DNA from: the human T2T-CHM13v2.0 reference genome, Homo sapiens
Strand: one strand, 5' to 3'
NCBI RefSeq assembly: GCF_009914755.1
Contig: NC_060929.1
DNA: 64,000 nt
Shown here: positions 40,888 through 54,538 of the stretch, piece after piece
Position numbering within the stretch: the stretch's first letter is position 1
How the letters are laid out: every line of letters starts with the position of its first letter
Notes under the pieces: model-generated
What the model saw: the letters and a program-made list of their open reading frames with translations, nothing else
Databases searched by the model: none
Told to the model about the DNA's origin: nothing
Translations under genes and position numbers: made by a program

Positions 40888-41130
40888 TTTTTGTCGTTGT
40901 TGTTGTTGTTGTTGTTTTTTGAGACGGAGTCTTGCTCTGTTGCCCAGGCTGGAGTGCAGTGGTATGATCTTGGTTCACTGTAACCTCCTCCTCCCAGGTT
41001 CAAGAAATTCTCCTGCCTCAGCCCCCTGAGTAGCTGGGACTACAGACGCGTGCCACCACTCCCGGCTAATTTTTTGTATTTTTAGTAGAGATGGGGTTTC
41101 ACCGTGTTAGCCAGGCTGGTCTTGATCTCC
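40888..41130 (-). mobile_element. 5'-truncated AluSc8/Y-like element within L1, with (CAA)n tail
   Basis: (gtt)n tail, gagacggagtcttgctctg...accgtgttagccaggctggtcttgatctcc, after which L1 sequence resumes. Confidence 0.92.
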
Positions 41131-41437
41131 CTCGTAGGTCTGATAGAATTTGGCTGTAAATCTGTCTGGTCCAGAACTTTTTTTTGATTGGTAGGTTTTT
41201 TATTAGTGTTTCAATGTTAGAGCGTGATATTTGTCTAGTCAGTTTCAATCTGTTCCTGATTCAGTTTTGGGAGGTTGAGTGTTTCTAGGAATATATCCAT
41301 TTCTTTCAGGTTTTCTGAGTTGTGAGCATAAAGTTGTTTATATTATTTTCTGAAGACCTTTAATATTTCTATGGTATTAATTATAATGTTATATTTGTCT
41401 CTTCTAATTGTAGTTATTTGGATCTTCCCTCTTTTTT

Positions 41438-41483
41438 TCTATCTATGTATCTATCTATCTATCTATCTATCATCTATCTATCT
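41438..41483. repeat. (TATC)n tetranucleotide STR inside L1
   Basis: ctatctatgtatctatctatctatctatctatcatctatctatct. Confidence 0.95.
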
Positions 41484-44400
41484 TCTTTAGTGTTTAATGT
41501 TTCAAATAATCAACTCTTGGTTTCTTTATATTTTGTAGGGATTTTTGCATAAGTTTTTCTCTAATTTTAGTTATATTTTTACTGCCAGCTTCGGGGTTGA
41601 TTGGTTTGTTTGTTTCTTGCTAGTTTGTCTAGGTGCAATGTTAAGATTGTGAATCTGAGAGTTTTCCAACTTCTTCATGAGGGCATTAAGCGTTATAAAT
41701 TTTCCTCTGAACACTGCATATGCTGCATCCCAGAGATTGTAGTAAGTTGTATCTTTAATTTTACTAATTTCAAAGATTTATTTTTTATTTCTGCTTTTAT
41801 TTTGATATTTATCCAGGAGTTATTCAGCAACTATTTGTTTACTTTTATGTATTTATGTGGTTTTGAGAGCTCTTCTTGATATTCACTTCTATTTTTATTA
41901 TAATACTGTCCAAGACTGTTCTTGGTATAATTTCAATTTATTTTTAATTTATTGAGATTTGCTTTATAATGAATATGTGGTCAGTCTTAGAATAGGTTCC
42001 ATGTGCACATGAGAAGAAAATATTTTCTGTGATTGTTGGGTGAATTGTTCTGCAGAGGTCCAGTTGTTCATGTGGTCAAGTGTCGAATTTAAGTTCAGAG
42101 TTGCTTCATTACTTTTCTGCCTTGATGATCTGTCTAATGCTGTTAATGAGGTGTTGAAGATTCCCAGTATTATTAGGTCATTGTCTAAGTGTTTTCCTAG
42201 GCCAAAGAAGAGTTGTTTTATAAATCTGGGTACTCCAATGTTGTGTGTGTATATTTTAAGATAGTCAAGTCTTCTTGTTTAATCGTACCCTTTATCATTA
42301 TATAATGCCTTTCATTGCTGTTTTTATTTTTCATTTTTTGTTTTAAATCTGCTTTATTATCTGGTATAAGAATGGTGACTCTTGCTCTCTTTTTTGCTTT
42401 TTGTTTGCGTGGTAGATCCTTCTCCATTTCTTTAAACCTGTGGGTGTTATTCCTTGTGACATGAGTACACTGAAGACAAGAGATGATTGGATCCTGTCTT
42501 TTAATCCAGCTCACCCACTCTATGTCTTTTAATCAGGGCATTTAGCTCACTTACATTCAAGGTTATTATTGATATGCGTGATTTTGTCCCTGTCATCATG
42601 ATGTTAGCAGGTTGGTATTTATACTTGATTACCTACTTGCTTTATGGTGCCTGTGAGCCATGTGCTTACATGTTTTTGTGGTAGGAGGTCTCATACTTTT
42701 AGTTCTAGGTTTAGCACTCCCAGGGGACCTCTTGTAAGGCTGGCCTAATTGAAACAATTTTCCTTAATATTTGCTTGTCTGAGAAGGATTTTATTTCCCC
42801 TTCATTTATGAAACTTAGTTTGGCAGGATATAAAATTCTTCGTTAAAATTTATTTTCTTCAAGGATGCAGAAAATAGAGCCCCAATGTTATTTGGCTTTT
42901 ACAGTTTCTTCTGGGGAATCTGCTGCTAGCCTGATGGGGTTTCTCTGTACATCACTTGTTCCTTTTCTCTCATTGCCTCTAAGGTTTTTTCTTCTGTGTT
43001 AACCTTAAGGAAGCTGATGACTATGTGCCTTGAGAATGGTTGTTTTCTATAATATTTAGCCAGGGTTCTCCGTATTTCTTGTATCTGCATGTCAACCTCT
43101 CTAGTGAGATAAGGGAAATTTTCTTGGACTATATTCTCAAATATATTTTTCAAGTTGTTTATTTTCCCTTCTATTACAGAAATGCCAATAATTTGTAGAT
43201 TTGTTCTCTTTACATGGTCTCATATTTCTTAGATGTTTTGTTCATTTAAAAAAATCTTTTTTCTTTAATATTGTCTAAGTTGATTCAAATAACAAGTCAC
43301 TGAGCTCTGAGACTCTTTCCCCAGCTTGTTCTATTCTGCTGTTAACACTTGTGATTGTATTATCCTTCTAGCGATTATTTTCAGGTCTAGAAATTCAGTT
43401 TGGTTCTTTCTTAAAACAGCTATCCTGTCTTTCAGCTCTTGGAACATTTTACTGGATTCCCTGGATTGTGTTTCAACTTTCTCATGAATCTCAATAAGTT
43501 TCCTTGCCAGCCAGATTTGAATTTCTGTTATATCAGTCATTTCTGACTGCTTAAACGCCTTTGCTGGGGGCTCGTTTGTAGGTAAGGAGACACTCTGGCT
43601 TTTTGATCTACCAGAGTTCTCATGCTGACTTTTTCTTATCTGGAAGGGTGGGTGTTCCTGTAACTTTGGTTAAGTTGAATACAGTCAGTTGGCTACATTT
43701 CTGCATGCTTTCCGAGGACCAGCGTTCTGTATAGACTGTTGATGTGTGGGTAAATTCTTGTGCTTGGTTTCATAGGTGTATATATTGGCAGGATAATTTC
43801 TGGTGTTGTAGTTTGGGCTGCAATGCGGTAGATGGCCTTTAAGAATAATGGCCGGTAGCTAGGCTGATACCCAGCTGTGGAGCTCTGTTGTACTTCCTTG
43901 CATTCATGGGGTTGCTTTGTGGTGGGGATGGAAGGGACAGCTCCCTCACCAGGTCCACTCTTGGGCTTTGGGGGAGCCCCTTCTGATTGCTGGTGCCACA
44001 CCCACATTTCTTCCCTTAGATATTCTGGGCTGTGGGTCCCTCTCAGGTAGAGGCTGTGACAGGGAGCTAGGCCACCCTCTTTCCTGACTGGTCCTGCAGA
44101 AAAAGGACAACCCACTCCTTCCCCAGCCCAGGAGGCTCCACATCGACCTCCTGTCAGTGCTCTGCAGGTGAGGACTCCTCCCCAACTTGTGTGCCTGCCA
44201 CAGATCTCAGCTCTGTACTCCCAAACTGTGCACCACAGCTTTGGGGTCACTGGGATATCCTGTGGCCTGGGTCAGATTCTAGCTATGCTGGGAGATCCAA
44301 CGTGCCGCCAGGTCACTGGGAAAGTACTTTAGATAGAGCAATGCACTCAGGCTGAGCTGGGGAGGCTGCGCTGCGCACCTACTTTTGCGGGCAGCTAGGC

Positions 44401-47400
44401 ATGCCCCAGTCCTGTGGAGAAGCCAGCCCCGCTCTCTCCTGGGTTAGAGGTCAACTGCAGCCAGCACCTCCCAGAGGGATATGGGGAGCCCTGGGGAATG
44501 AGCTTCTGTGACCATTCTCCACCAGAGCTGCCTAGTGCCCAGATGCTCCCAGGGCTCCACACTGTTGAAGGGCCTGCTTCTGCTTCCTCCCTTGGGAGAT
44601 CTTCCTGCCAGCTCACATGTCCACTGGGGATGTAGGGGTCCCTTGTAGCTAGTATCCCAGATGTCCATGGCAAGAGTGAGCTATCTTTCAGTTCCCTCAC
44701 TCACCCTTTTCCCAGGGGCTTTTCAGTGCGGGAAATCAGTCCTAGTGTTTGGGTACCTGACATGGGGTTCCCAGCTTCCTCTCTATTCAGCTTTGGCTTC
44801 AGCATTACCTCTCTATCTACTCTTGCCCTTTTCTCTCCGATCTCTATATATGAGACTTTATATGTAAGAATTAAAAATCAGGATACAATACATTTTTAAT
44901 AAGTCTTATTATTCCTATATTAAATATAGGAATATGTTAAATTTTTAATAAGTCTTATTATTCCTATATTAAAAATGACTAAACTGAAGTAGAGAGGTTA
45001 ACCTTTCCCAAGCTCATTCATTTAGTTGGGATATGGTGGATCTAATTGCTGAACTTGAGCTCTAAAGCAACAAACTAATCATAGCATACACAATAAACAT
45101 TGTAGTCTTTTATGGATATATCTAATATTTTATACATAAACTATATTTTAATATGTTACTTTGCCGACAGATTGACACTAAAAACAGAAACACGTGAAGA
45201 ATAATAAGAAATCAAGATCACAGGCTAGTAGCAGAGCTGCTTGCTAATGGAATGTATTGGTTTTTCAAACACATTGAAATAATTTTGTCACTGTATGTCA
45301 TTGCTAACATGTTTTCAAAGACAAGAAAATGGGCAATTTTTATTCTCCTCTTTCAAATAATTTAAAATAATTCTTTGTATTAGTAGATTAAATTATATTC
45401 ATTATAAAGGTAAAATAATTTATAAAACATACATGGATTATGAGTTATTGTTGTCATGCCTGTATATTTTCTCATTTCAATTTTTAAAAATTAAGTGTAA
45501 TTTGAACATTAGCTAAAAAATAACAAAGTTGCTTTCAGAATCATTTACCATATTAAAATGCTGTGATTCCAGAATTGTTCTATTCCACATCCTACGTTAC
45601 TTCCAGTTTTATTTTTAAATAGTAAACAAACATAAGCCATGATTTTGTATTACCACACATCTCAACCCCTTTACCTCAAAACTATTTCTCACTGGTGTTA
45701 TGATTTTTTGTGAGGAATAACAAAAAGCAATTCTATGATTATCTCCTAATCCGTATTTCTTTTATAGCATCATTGTGGTGGGTAATATCAGATTTACTGG
45801 TGTACTGAAAGTGCACTACTTAAAATTATTTTAAAGCTTAAAAAAGTCAATAGATCTTGATTAAGATATACTGCTAAGAAATTATTCTGCCCTGCTTTCA
45901 CCTTTTGAAGTAGACCCAGGACAAACATACGATATATTAAAATATATTTCTAAATTTACTCTGTTTGTGCTTAATAGCTTTCACTAAGAAGAAAAATAGT
46001 GGTACTTGGCTTTTGTCCTCAATGTACTTATGAATGCCTTATCTGCAGAAAGCCACAAACCAAGATGGGCACATTCCTTTTGTCCCAGATCATTAAACTG
46101 AGTGAACCATGCATATCCTTGAAACACTTCTAAGGAAAATGGAAGAAAGGGAATTAAACCTTGATGCCCTTAGGTTATATAACTTAGCCAGTCTCATTTA
46201 ACCTCCTGCAACAAGAGCTATTCATATTAAGAAGAAATTTGCTCAGGAAATCATATTGATTTCAGGCACTTGAAAATATAATTATTGTGTTATTTTTTGA
46301 ATATATAATAAAATTCCCTTTATCACAGTTTGGATCTTTGCCTATGCTTATTAGACTTAAAATGTTTGTAATATTGATTCATAAAAATAATTTGATTAAT
46401 TTTAATTGAGACATGTCATTTTTATTTGAGGATGCTTTCTGTATTAAAACAAATGGATACCACGAAACATGGCCTCTTAATTTTTAGACAGTATTTTTAA
46501 AGTAAGAAATACAGTAAGTTCTATTCTTTAAGCTTTAAAAATTCACAATTAAAAAAAATCTACTCAGTGAATAAACACAAATGCATGAATAAATAGACCA
46601 CCACACACAAACAGAAACAGGCTATTGCCAGTCTAGATGTAAAATTTAAATAAAAGATATTATTGTCCTTCCTCATATTTTTGCCCCTAGATTTACTTCT
46701 ACTAGAGCATATTTTCTTGGAAAATAAAATAAAGTTAGTAAATGTTTTACAGGTGGATAAGTGTTCTAGTGGCTAAGTTATTTGTGTTTATCACCCAGAT
46801 CTATAAGTTTGCCCAAACAGATGCCAGAACCCATGTGAGCTTGCTCCTCTGTAAAGTTTAGTAAAGAGAATTGAATATAAATAGGCTGTTTTTTTCCCTA
46901 GTGCCTTATAGGCTGTACTATGTATGCTTTTTAAGAGTTTTTCCACCTCAGAGAAGGAACTCAACAGTATTCTATTTTTATTTTCTGTTGGTGAGAAAAA
47001 AAAGAAAGTTGTTATGAAAGTATTACATTGAACACATTTAAATGATAAGTTTGAATTACCTCACCTCTGCTCTTGAATCAGTTTGTGTCTTTCTCTAACA
47101 AAGAACCTCAAAGGAGAACATATATGCTATCTAGAATAATATGTCATTGATTTTTTTTATGACTGTCCTAATCCCTTTCACAGCTTAGTATCCCTAAAAG
47201 AAAAAAGTTCATATTTTCCAGAGGTCCCCTTGCAGCAAACTCAGACCAAAGCTTGTTGGTGTTTCTCTGACCATGAAAAAAAAAAAAATATGTAAATTGT
47301 TAAGATGAAACACTTAAGTTTAATGCTGGAAGAACGTCTACCATTAACATGAAAATGATTGTTTTAAACTTACAAAACTTTTTTTTAACTATAAATAATT

Positions 47401-48132
47401 CAAAGTAAATTGTTGACTTTAAATTCTACCACAACCAGAAAAAAAAAAAAAGGAAAAGTCACAAGGAATTATTAAGTGACTTATAGGAAAAAAAAACTTC
47501 TAATTTTTTGGACACTGAAATGCAATGTGAATATATTTTTGTTTTATTAAATAGGAGCAGTAATATTGGCACAAGCAAAAAAAAGGTTTGTGTTTCTTAG
47601 AGTAACAGAAAGCTTGTAGTTTATAGATACAGATATAGAAAACTAAAAGGTTATCGTATCTCAATTGTCCTGTTGATAACCAGAAAAGGAATGAGAAACT
47701 GTTTTACACATTTCACATGATGTTATAAATCTTGAATTTTCTATTAAAATATAGCCTAACATAACCTAGAATATACAGATCATTAAGTTATTCTTAAGGA
47801 TTAAAAAACATAGAACCTTGAAATTGTCTTATTTTTTCCTCTCCCAAGCAGCTTATTCTTCACGCATGATTTTTTCTAACCTTGTTTCACATAAAAAATG
47901 TCTTAACATCTATTTCAATACAGTCTACTGCTCTTTCATTTTTGACAGAGATCTAAAAGAGTTTAAATACCCTCTGGCATCCTGCCAGGAATCAGCTGCA
48001 GGTAGAATGGTAGACAGAATCAAACAGTAAACAAAGTTTCGACCCACTGAGAGAGCTTCTCCAAGCTAGATAATAAAGATACCAGGTTTATATGCTAGTT
48101 TTTCTTTAGGGAAAGAATGTTGGACAGTTTCC

Positions 48133-48200
48133 TGTTGATTGATTCTCTGAATCTTTATCTTTCATGTTGATTGATTCTCTGAATCTTTATCTTTCATGTT
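48133..48200. repeat. Perfect 32-bp tandem duplication
   Basis: tgttgattgattctctgaatctttatctttca twice (48133-48164, 48165-48196) followed by tgtt. Confidence 0.97.
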
Positions 48201-49728
48201 CAATCTTTCCAGTCTTTGCTACTATTTCTACTGTTCTTTCAAGTAAGAGTTTGATTCCCAGAAGTGCTAATATTGGTTTCTTCCTGGATGAGAAAGTTAT
48301 GAAAATCTTAAAGCCAGTGAAATGGGGTTTTTACATCCTCCATTCATATGACAAGTTTATTATTGACTTTGAACATTCTTTTACTGGGTTCCATTGCAGT
48401 CATCTTGTAGTAGTAAACAATCAAAAAAATAGCTTAACAATTTAATTTTTTTACAGTAAAAACGAATTTTTGTATGGGCTCTCAACTTTATGCCAAGGGA
48501 AAAGCTAGCATGCGGAATTCAGGAAAGCCTAGTTTTAGCTCTCTTAGAGTGACTCTTTTTCCACCATCTGTGTTGTATACAAGCCAGTGATGAGCATGGG
48601 ACTTATTATGGAAAAAGAGATTAGTCTGGGCCCTACAAGCTGGCTTCCATCACTTCAATTAGTATAATCTGTGTTCTTTTCATTCTTTCCAGATTTCTGG
48701 GAAGATCCTTCTTTACAACTGAGAGCCATTTTTGTTAACGAAAATGTGAACACTGCTTGCCAGTTTCCAATGGTGCTTGCATTCACATGGCTCTGTGTCT
48801 GGTTAATGGACACAACTGTGGTTTTAGTTCTCTTCCAGCCTCTTCTTCAATACAGTTGTGTTGACCCTGAAACAGTCTAGTAATTTTTAATATCATTTTT
48901 TATGAGGGTAGGGAGAGCTACTTGAAAAGGTACTTATATTTCTGTTACATGAACGAAGAACTTGTGGAGTAAGATGACAGGAAGATAATCAGGTTTAATG
49001 TTAGCCTTGTATGGCTAATGTTTAATTAAAGAATCCCCTTCCTAGCCTGTGTAGCCATCATGAAAAATCAACAGTCTATAATAGAATCAGATATCTAACC
49101 TCTTACCATTTTTAACTCTAAGATACACATAAAGTCAAACTTCATGTAATGCTTTTAAATATACAAAAGTGAAGCCCTGTCTCTAGTTAAGAAATAAAAA
49201 TAAAGACATCTTTTAAAAATACAAATAAAAAGTAAATGTGTGAAAGCATATTTTTTCCAGCTGTTTCAGTGAATGGGCATAGTAGCTTAAGAAAAGTATT
49301 TCAAAGGCTAATCTTAAGGCAACTCATGTCAATAAGCATTACCCATCCCAACTCCCCAATACCAGCCTTTGTAACATAAGCAAAGAGTTTGCCAGGAAGG
49401 AGAATCAAGGAGTTTGTAGGCCCCATAAGAACTGCCTTGGCTTTTCTCTACCTACTCTGCCCCTCACTTCCACCCCAAGCCAAATATCCCCAAGAGAAAA
49501 AGAAGAGTACATTATTAAGTAGTGACAGCTCCCACCCTTGGAATACAAAGGGCAAGGCAGTTATGAGTTTCCTGTAGATCAAGTGGTTCTGTGAAGAGAT
49601 GGCAAAGTTCAAATTAATTAGATGGGACTCTTCCCAAGAAAGCAGACAGCTAGTCAGTACAGTTTCAGGGATCAATGGAAGAATGTTGTCACAAAGTTTT
49701 CTGTCTGGTAGCATAGCACCGACTTCAG

Positions 49729-50099
49729 TATATTAGTCCATTTTCATACTGCTATAAAGAACACCTGAGACTGGGTAATTTATAAAGAAAAGAGGTTTAA
49801 CTTACAGTTCCCCATGGCTGGGTTTTGGGGAGGGGGGTGGTCCTCAGGAAGCTTACAATCATGGCAGAAGGGGAAGAGGAAGCAAAGCACGTTTTACATG
49901 GTGGCAGGAAAGAGAGAGAGCAGGGGAAACTGCCATTTTTAAACCATCAGGTCTCATGAGGACTTCTTTACTATCATGAGATCAGCATGGAGAATGCACT
50001 CCCATGATCCAATCACTTTCCACCAGGTCCCTCTCTCGAAACATGGGGATTATAATTCAAGATGAGATTTGGATGTAGACACAGAGCCAAACCATATTA
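49729..50099 (-). mobile_element. THE1D-like MaLR solo LTR
   Basis: tattagtccattttcatactgctataaagaa...cctgagactgggtaatttataaagaaaagaggtttaa...acacagagccaaaccatatta, with a near TSD ttcag/gtcag. Confidence 0.9.
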
Positions 50100-50249
50100 G
50101 TCAGGGAACTCCAAAGCACAAGGAACAATTGAGGGCTGTAAAAACTCACAGATTCATTCCAAGGTAAATCAGAATTTGGATGCCTCATATGCAGAGCAGG
50201 AACAGTTAAAAGCGAATTGTAAATAGCATAAACTGTATCAGTTATTCCC

Positions 50250-50833
50250 TGTATTATTTTCCTATTGCTATGCAACAAGTAACTAAGGAGTGGCTTAAAG
50301 CAATGCATATTTATGACGCTAAAGTTTTAATAAGTCAGAAATCCCTTGGGATTTCATTGGGCTAAAATTAAGGTTTCAAAAAGCTACTTTTCTATCTGAG
50401 ACTCTAAGCGATAATCTACTTCCTTGGTCATTCATTGACAAAATTTAGTTCCATGTAGTTCTAGGACCGAGGTCTCTGTTGTGTTGCCAACTGGAGGCAA
50501 CCCACATCTCCTAATATCCTCTCTCAGTCTTTTCGCATACTCTGTACATCTCAGAGTCATCAACAGGGTGTAGAATCCTTCTTACATTGTCATCTTTCTT
50601 ACCTGCCTTCATCAAGTCATCTCTCTTTGATTACAGCTGAGAAAGATTCTCTGCTTTCAAAAACTCACATGGTTAGATTGGGTCCACTTAAATAATGTAG
50701 GGTGACCTTCACATTCAAAGTCTGTAACCTTAATCACATCTGTAAGATTCCTGTTGCCATGTAAGATTCACTGTCACAGGCTTCAAGAATTTGTAAATAT
50801 ACAACAGTGGAGGTCATTATTTCACTTACCACA
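50250..50833 (-). mobile_element. MLT1E-like MaLR solo LTR
   Basis: tgtattattttcctattgct...gtggcttaaagcaa...taaccttaatcacatctg...ttgccatgtaag...cattattttcacttaccaca. Confidence 0.8.
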
Positions 50834-51399
50834 TCTTTCTTTTGTTATCTTCCTCCAAGCCCTGGAAAAACCATAAGATGAAGAGAGTTATGGTAAATGA
50901 ATAACTACCACTATTCAGGCACTGCCAATCCCAATATCTCAGTGCCCTAAATTGAGAAGACAAAGAAGGTGTAAATTTTGGATGTGAGTTTGGAGTTTAT
51001 CTTTGGACTGAAAAAAAGTTGTGTATTACTTCAGATTGACCAGAAAGCTGTGGGATCTACCCAAGAGCACATCAAGAGGTAGAAAAGGGAAAGCTAGAGA
51101 AAAAAGCAATTTTCATTTGTGTATCCAAAATAGATTTAATCCATTCAATGAACCAGTTACACATACTCGATATTTTAATAGTTCAATGTTATTATATTAT
51201 TAGCAACATAGTTATCTGGGACTAGCAGAGAATATATACTCATTTATAACAGATTTACTCTTCCCTAAGATAGGGTTGCAGTGATGGGAGGAAAAATAAT
51301 CTTTGCTCTTATTCATCTGTAGCTCTTTCAATGACATCATTTAATTAAAAAAATAACTCCTTAAAGTAGATAAAAATAAGAAACATTATTTATTTAAAT

Positions 51400-51585
51400 A
51401 TGTGTGTCAGAAATTATACAAAGTACTTTAGAATTATTATCAGTTTTAAATCTCACAAAAATAATTTATTTTATTTTTTACATTTTTGTTATAAATATGA
51501 GGAAGCCAAGGTCACACAAGGTCTCTCAGGTCACACAGCCAGTACATGGGAGAAGAAAACTTGAATCTGTATTTCTTTTACTTTA
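51400..51585 (-). mobile_element. MIR
   Basis: atgaggaagccaaggtcaca...aggtcacacagccagta...acttgaatc. Confidence 0.65.
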
Positions 51586-52285
51586 AATGGGGGGGTTAAC
51601 AAATATAAATATATTTTTTCTTCCATGTTTTCCATAATGATATATTTCTGGATACATAAGTGACAAGCAAATTCTATATCCCATTAAAAGTTTTATGGCA
51701 GGGCAATCTGAAAGTTGAACTCATTACTTTAGAAAAGCATGAAAGCAATTAGGACTTGGCTCTCTGCATTTCTTTTAAATTATGGGACTAGATATCATAT
51801 ACAGAAAAATGAAGTGAATCAATTTGTCACAGAATGAAAAATGCAGTGATAAAAGTTTGAGAAATATCTTACAAGCTGAGTGGCAAAGAATCACTTTGTT
51901 TTTATTTTGTGAAGAATTTTTGGAACAGGATAATAATACAACCTGCGTGTAACTGGAAGAAGCTATAAACAATATTCAACACAAGACAGGTATTTATACC
52001 TCATGTCACTTAAAATACCACTAATTACATATAACAGTTGTAAAAATACTATGTTTCCAAATGGTAGGCATATTTGAAAATTAAGATACTTAAAAATTAA
52101 ACTTTATAGCCATATTTAGAATCACAAATTAAGGCATGCCTTGATGTAATCTTTGCAGATGAAAGGGAATGAGTTTTTGGGCAGATGGGCTGGAGCACAG
52201 GCTAGATGAATACAGAAAAGGAGCACTCCAGGTTCACCTAATAGGGAATAATATTTTAAAAGTGAGTCTAAAATGTGGTTAGTAG

Positions 52286-52689
52286 TGTATTAGGGAAAAT
52301 ACTCTAGCTGTTATAACCAAAAATCTCAAATTTCAGTGGCTTGAAAATCTCTCTTAAAGGATTCTCACTCATACAAATTCCAAAGCTGATGTATCTTGAC
52401 ACAGTAACTCTCTTTCAAGTGGTGACTCAGGGATCCTTTCTCCTTCTATTTGTACCAGTGCAGGGAAGCATTGCATACTCTTTACAGAGCTGAAAGATAA
52501 AGGAGAATGCTGGTGGAAATAGTGAAGATCCAGGAAGCCAAGTGTTACATAATTTCTTCCATATTTTATATTATAAAACTGGCCACATGGTATCACATAA
52601 GATAGGGCAGGGTAGGGAATGCAGTTGTCTTATGTGCCCAGGAAAATATTGTAATGGTTTGATTAATACATGGCATCATCTTGCCCATA
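52286..52689 (-). mobile_element. MLT1J-like MaLR LTR
   Basis: ctagctgttataaccaaaaatctcaaatttcagtggctt...gtggtgactcagggatcc...cacatgg...gggaatgcagt...tgtgcccaggaa. Confidence 0.7.
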
Positions 52690-53420
52690 AATTCTGAGAA
52701 AATTTTGTGCTGTTTACCCACAATTAAAGATAGCTTTAATGCTATATTCAGTATCAGTTTGAATTTCCAAAAACCACAAGATGAGTGAAGTTAGACCAGA
52801 ATTTCTCAAAACATGGTCTGAAGACTCTTCTTTCTTCATTTAGAAAGTCTTCAATGTCAAAACTATGTTCATGACGATGCTGAAACCTTTTGTTTTGCCT
52901 TCTTTCTATCATTCTATGTATGTGGTAAAGTTTTTTAAAGGCTACATGACATATGCTTGTATATTTTTGTTTTTTTGAACAAAAAAATAGTGCTAGTTTC
53001 AAATGTGGTAAATGAGAATAGGTCTAATCTGAAAAATCAAAGCTCTTTGGTATTTTAAATAATTCTTCAGAGGGTAAAGAAATTCAAAGCCAATATGCTT
53101 AAGGACTTAAATGGTGATGATTAAAAAACAGATAAAGGTATTTAAGTTAGAAATGGAAACTAAAAAAATTAAATACTACAAATAAAAATTATAGTATCTT
53201 AAAAAGAAAAAAAATACTAGGCCTTTAACATTAATACTGGACCCTGCAGCAGAAAAGATTAGTAAACCTGAAGCATATTTCTATATAAACAACAGAGAAA
53301 TTAAACTTTATGAAATCTCAGTGACCTAAGAGAAAATATTAAGAAAAATTACATGAATTTAATTGAAGCAGGAGGAGGAGAGAGATAATAATGCTTGGTA
53401 GAATAAAAAATACATACATA

Positions 53421-54538
53421 CAGTTGTGTAGCACTTAATCACCGTGATATATCCTGATAAATACATTGTTAGGTAATTTCATCCTTGTGCAAACATCATA
53501 AAGTGTACTAATTACATAAATCTAGATGGCATAGCCCACTACACACCTAGGCTATATAGTATAAGATATTGCTCCCAAGCTACAAACCTGAATAGCATGT
53601 TACCATGCTAAGAAAAGTTCTATAGACAACTGTAATACAATGGTAGGTGTTGGTGAATCTAAACATATCAAAACAGAAAAGTAAGGTGAAAATATTATAT
53701 ACAAGGTTTTATAAATGGTAAACTTGTATAGGGTACTTTCCATAAATAAAGCTTGAATGGCTGGAAGTTAGTTGTTCTATGTGAGTCTGTGAGTCAATAG
53801 TGAGTGAGTGAATGTGCAGGTCTAGGACCTTACTGTATACTAATATAGAATTTAAAAACATTGTACATTTAGGCTACACTAAGTTTATTAAACAGTATTA
53901 TCTTTTCATTGATAATAAATTAACCTTAGTTTCCTACAACTTTTTTACTTTAAAAACTTTTAATTTTTAAACACTTTTTGACTCCTGTAATAACACTTAG
54001 CTCAAAACACAAATACATTGTACAGATAGATAAAAACATTTCCTTTCTTTATATTCTTATTCTACAAGCTTTTTCCACTTTTTATTTCTACTTTTTAAAC
54101 TTTTTTTGTGTGAAAAACTAAGACATAATCATATACATTATCTTAGGCATACACAGGTCAGAATTGTCAATATCACTGTCTTCTACCGCTACATCTTGTC
54201 GCACTGAGGTGGCTTTAGAGGTAACTTTTCAATATGTAGAAAGAGTACACTCTAAAATAATATTTAAAAGTACAATATAGTAAATATATAAATAACGTTA
54301 TTATTCATTATCATTATGAAGTGTTATGTACTATACATAATTGTGTGTGCTATGCTTTTATATGACTGGCAGCACAGTAGGTTTGTTTATACCGGTATCA
54401 GCAAAACCACATGAGTAATGCATTGTATCATGACATCACTAGGCAATAGGAATTTTCAGCTCTATTACAATCTTAGAGGACCACAGTCATATATGCAGTC
54501 CATCATGGAACAAAATGTCATTATGCAGCACATGACAT
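53421..54538. mobile_element. Tigger3b (MER7B/Golem)-like DNA transposon derivative
   Basis: ta|cagttgtg, ctagatggcatagcccactacacacctaggctatat, ...ccacagtcatatatgcagtccatc...gtcattatgcagcacatgac. Confidence 0.88.

Larger units (their letters stand above)
38322..44845 (-). mobile_element. Near full-length, inactive L1 (L1PA15-17 age)
   Basis: 3' tail at 38322, ORF2 C-terminal peptides (38889-39348), endonuclease start WIKRQDPIISCLQCTH (42218-42514), ORF1 NIFENIVQENFPYLTREVDMQIQE (42926-43153), GC-rich 5'UTR ~43850-44845. Many stops and frameshifts. Confidence 0.95.

Noticed and set aside
43693-44250. Longest ORF in the track (185 aa, minus strand)
   Set aside because: It lies in the GC-rich L1 5'UTR where stop codons are rarer, has a non-ATG start, and contains no recognisable domain.
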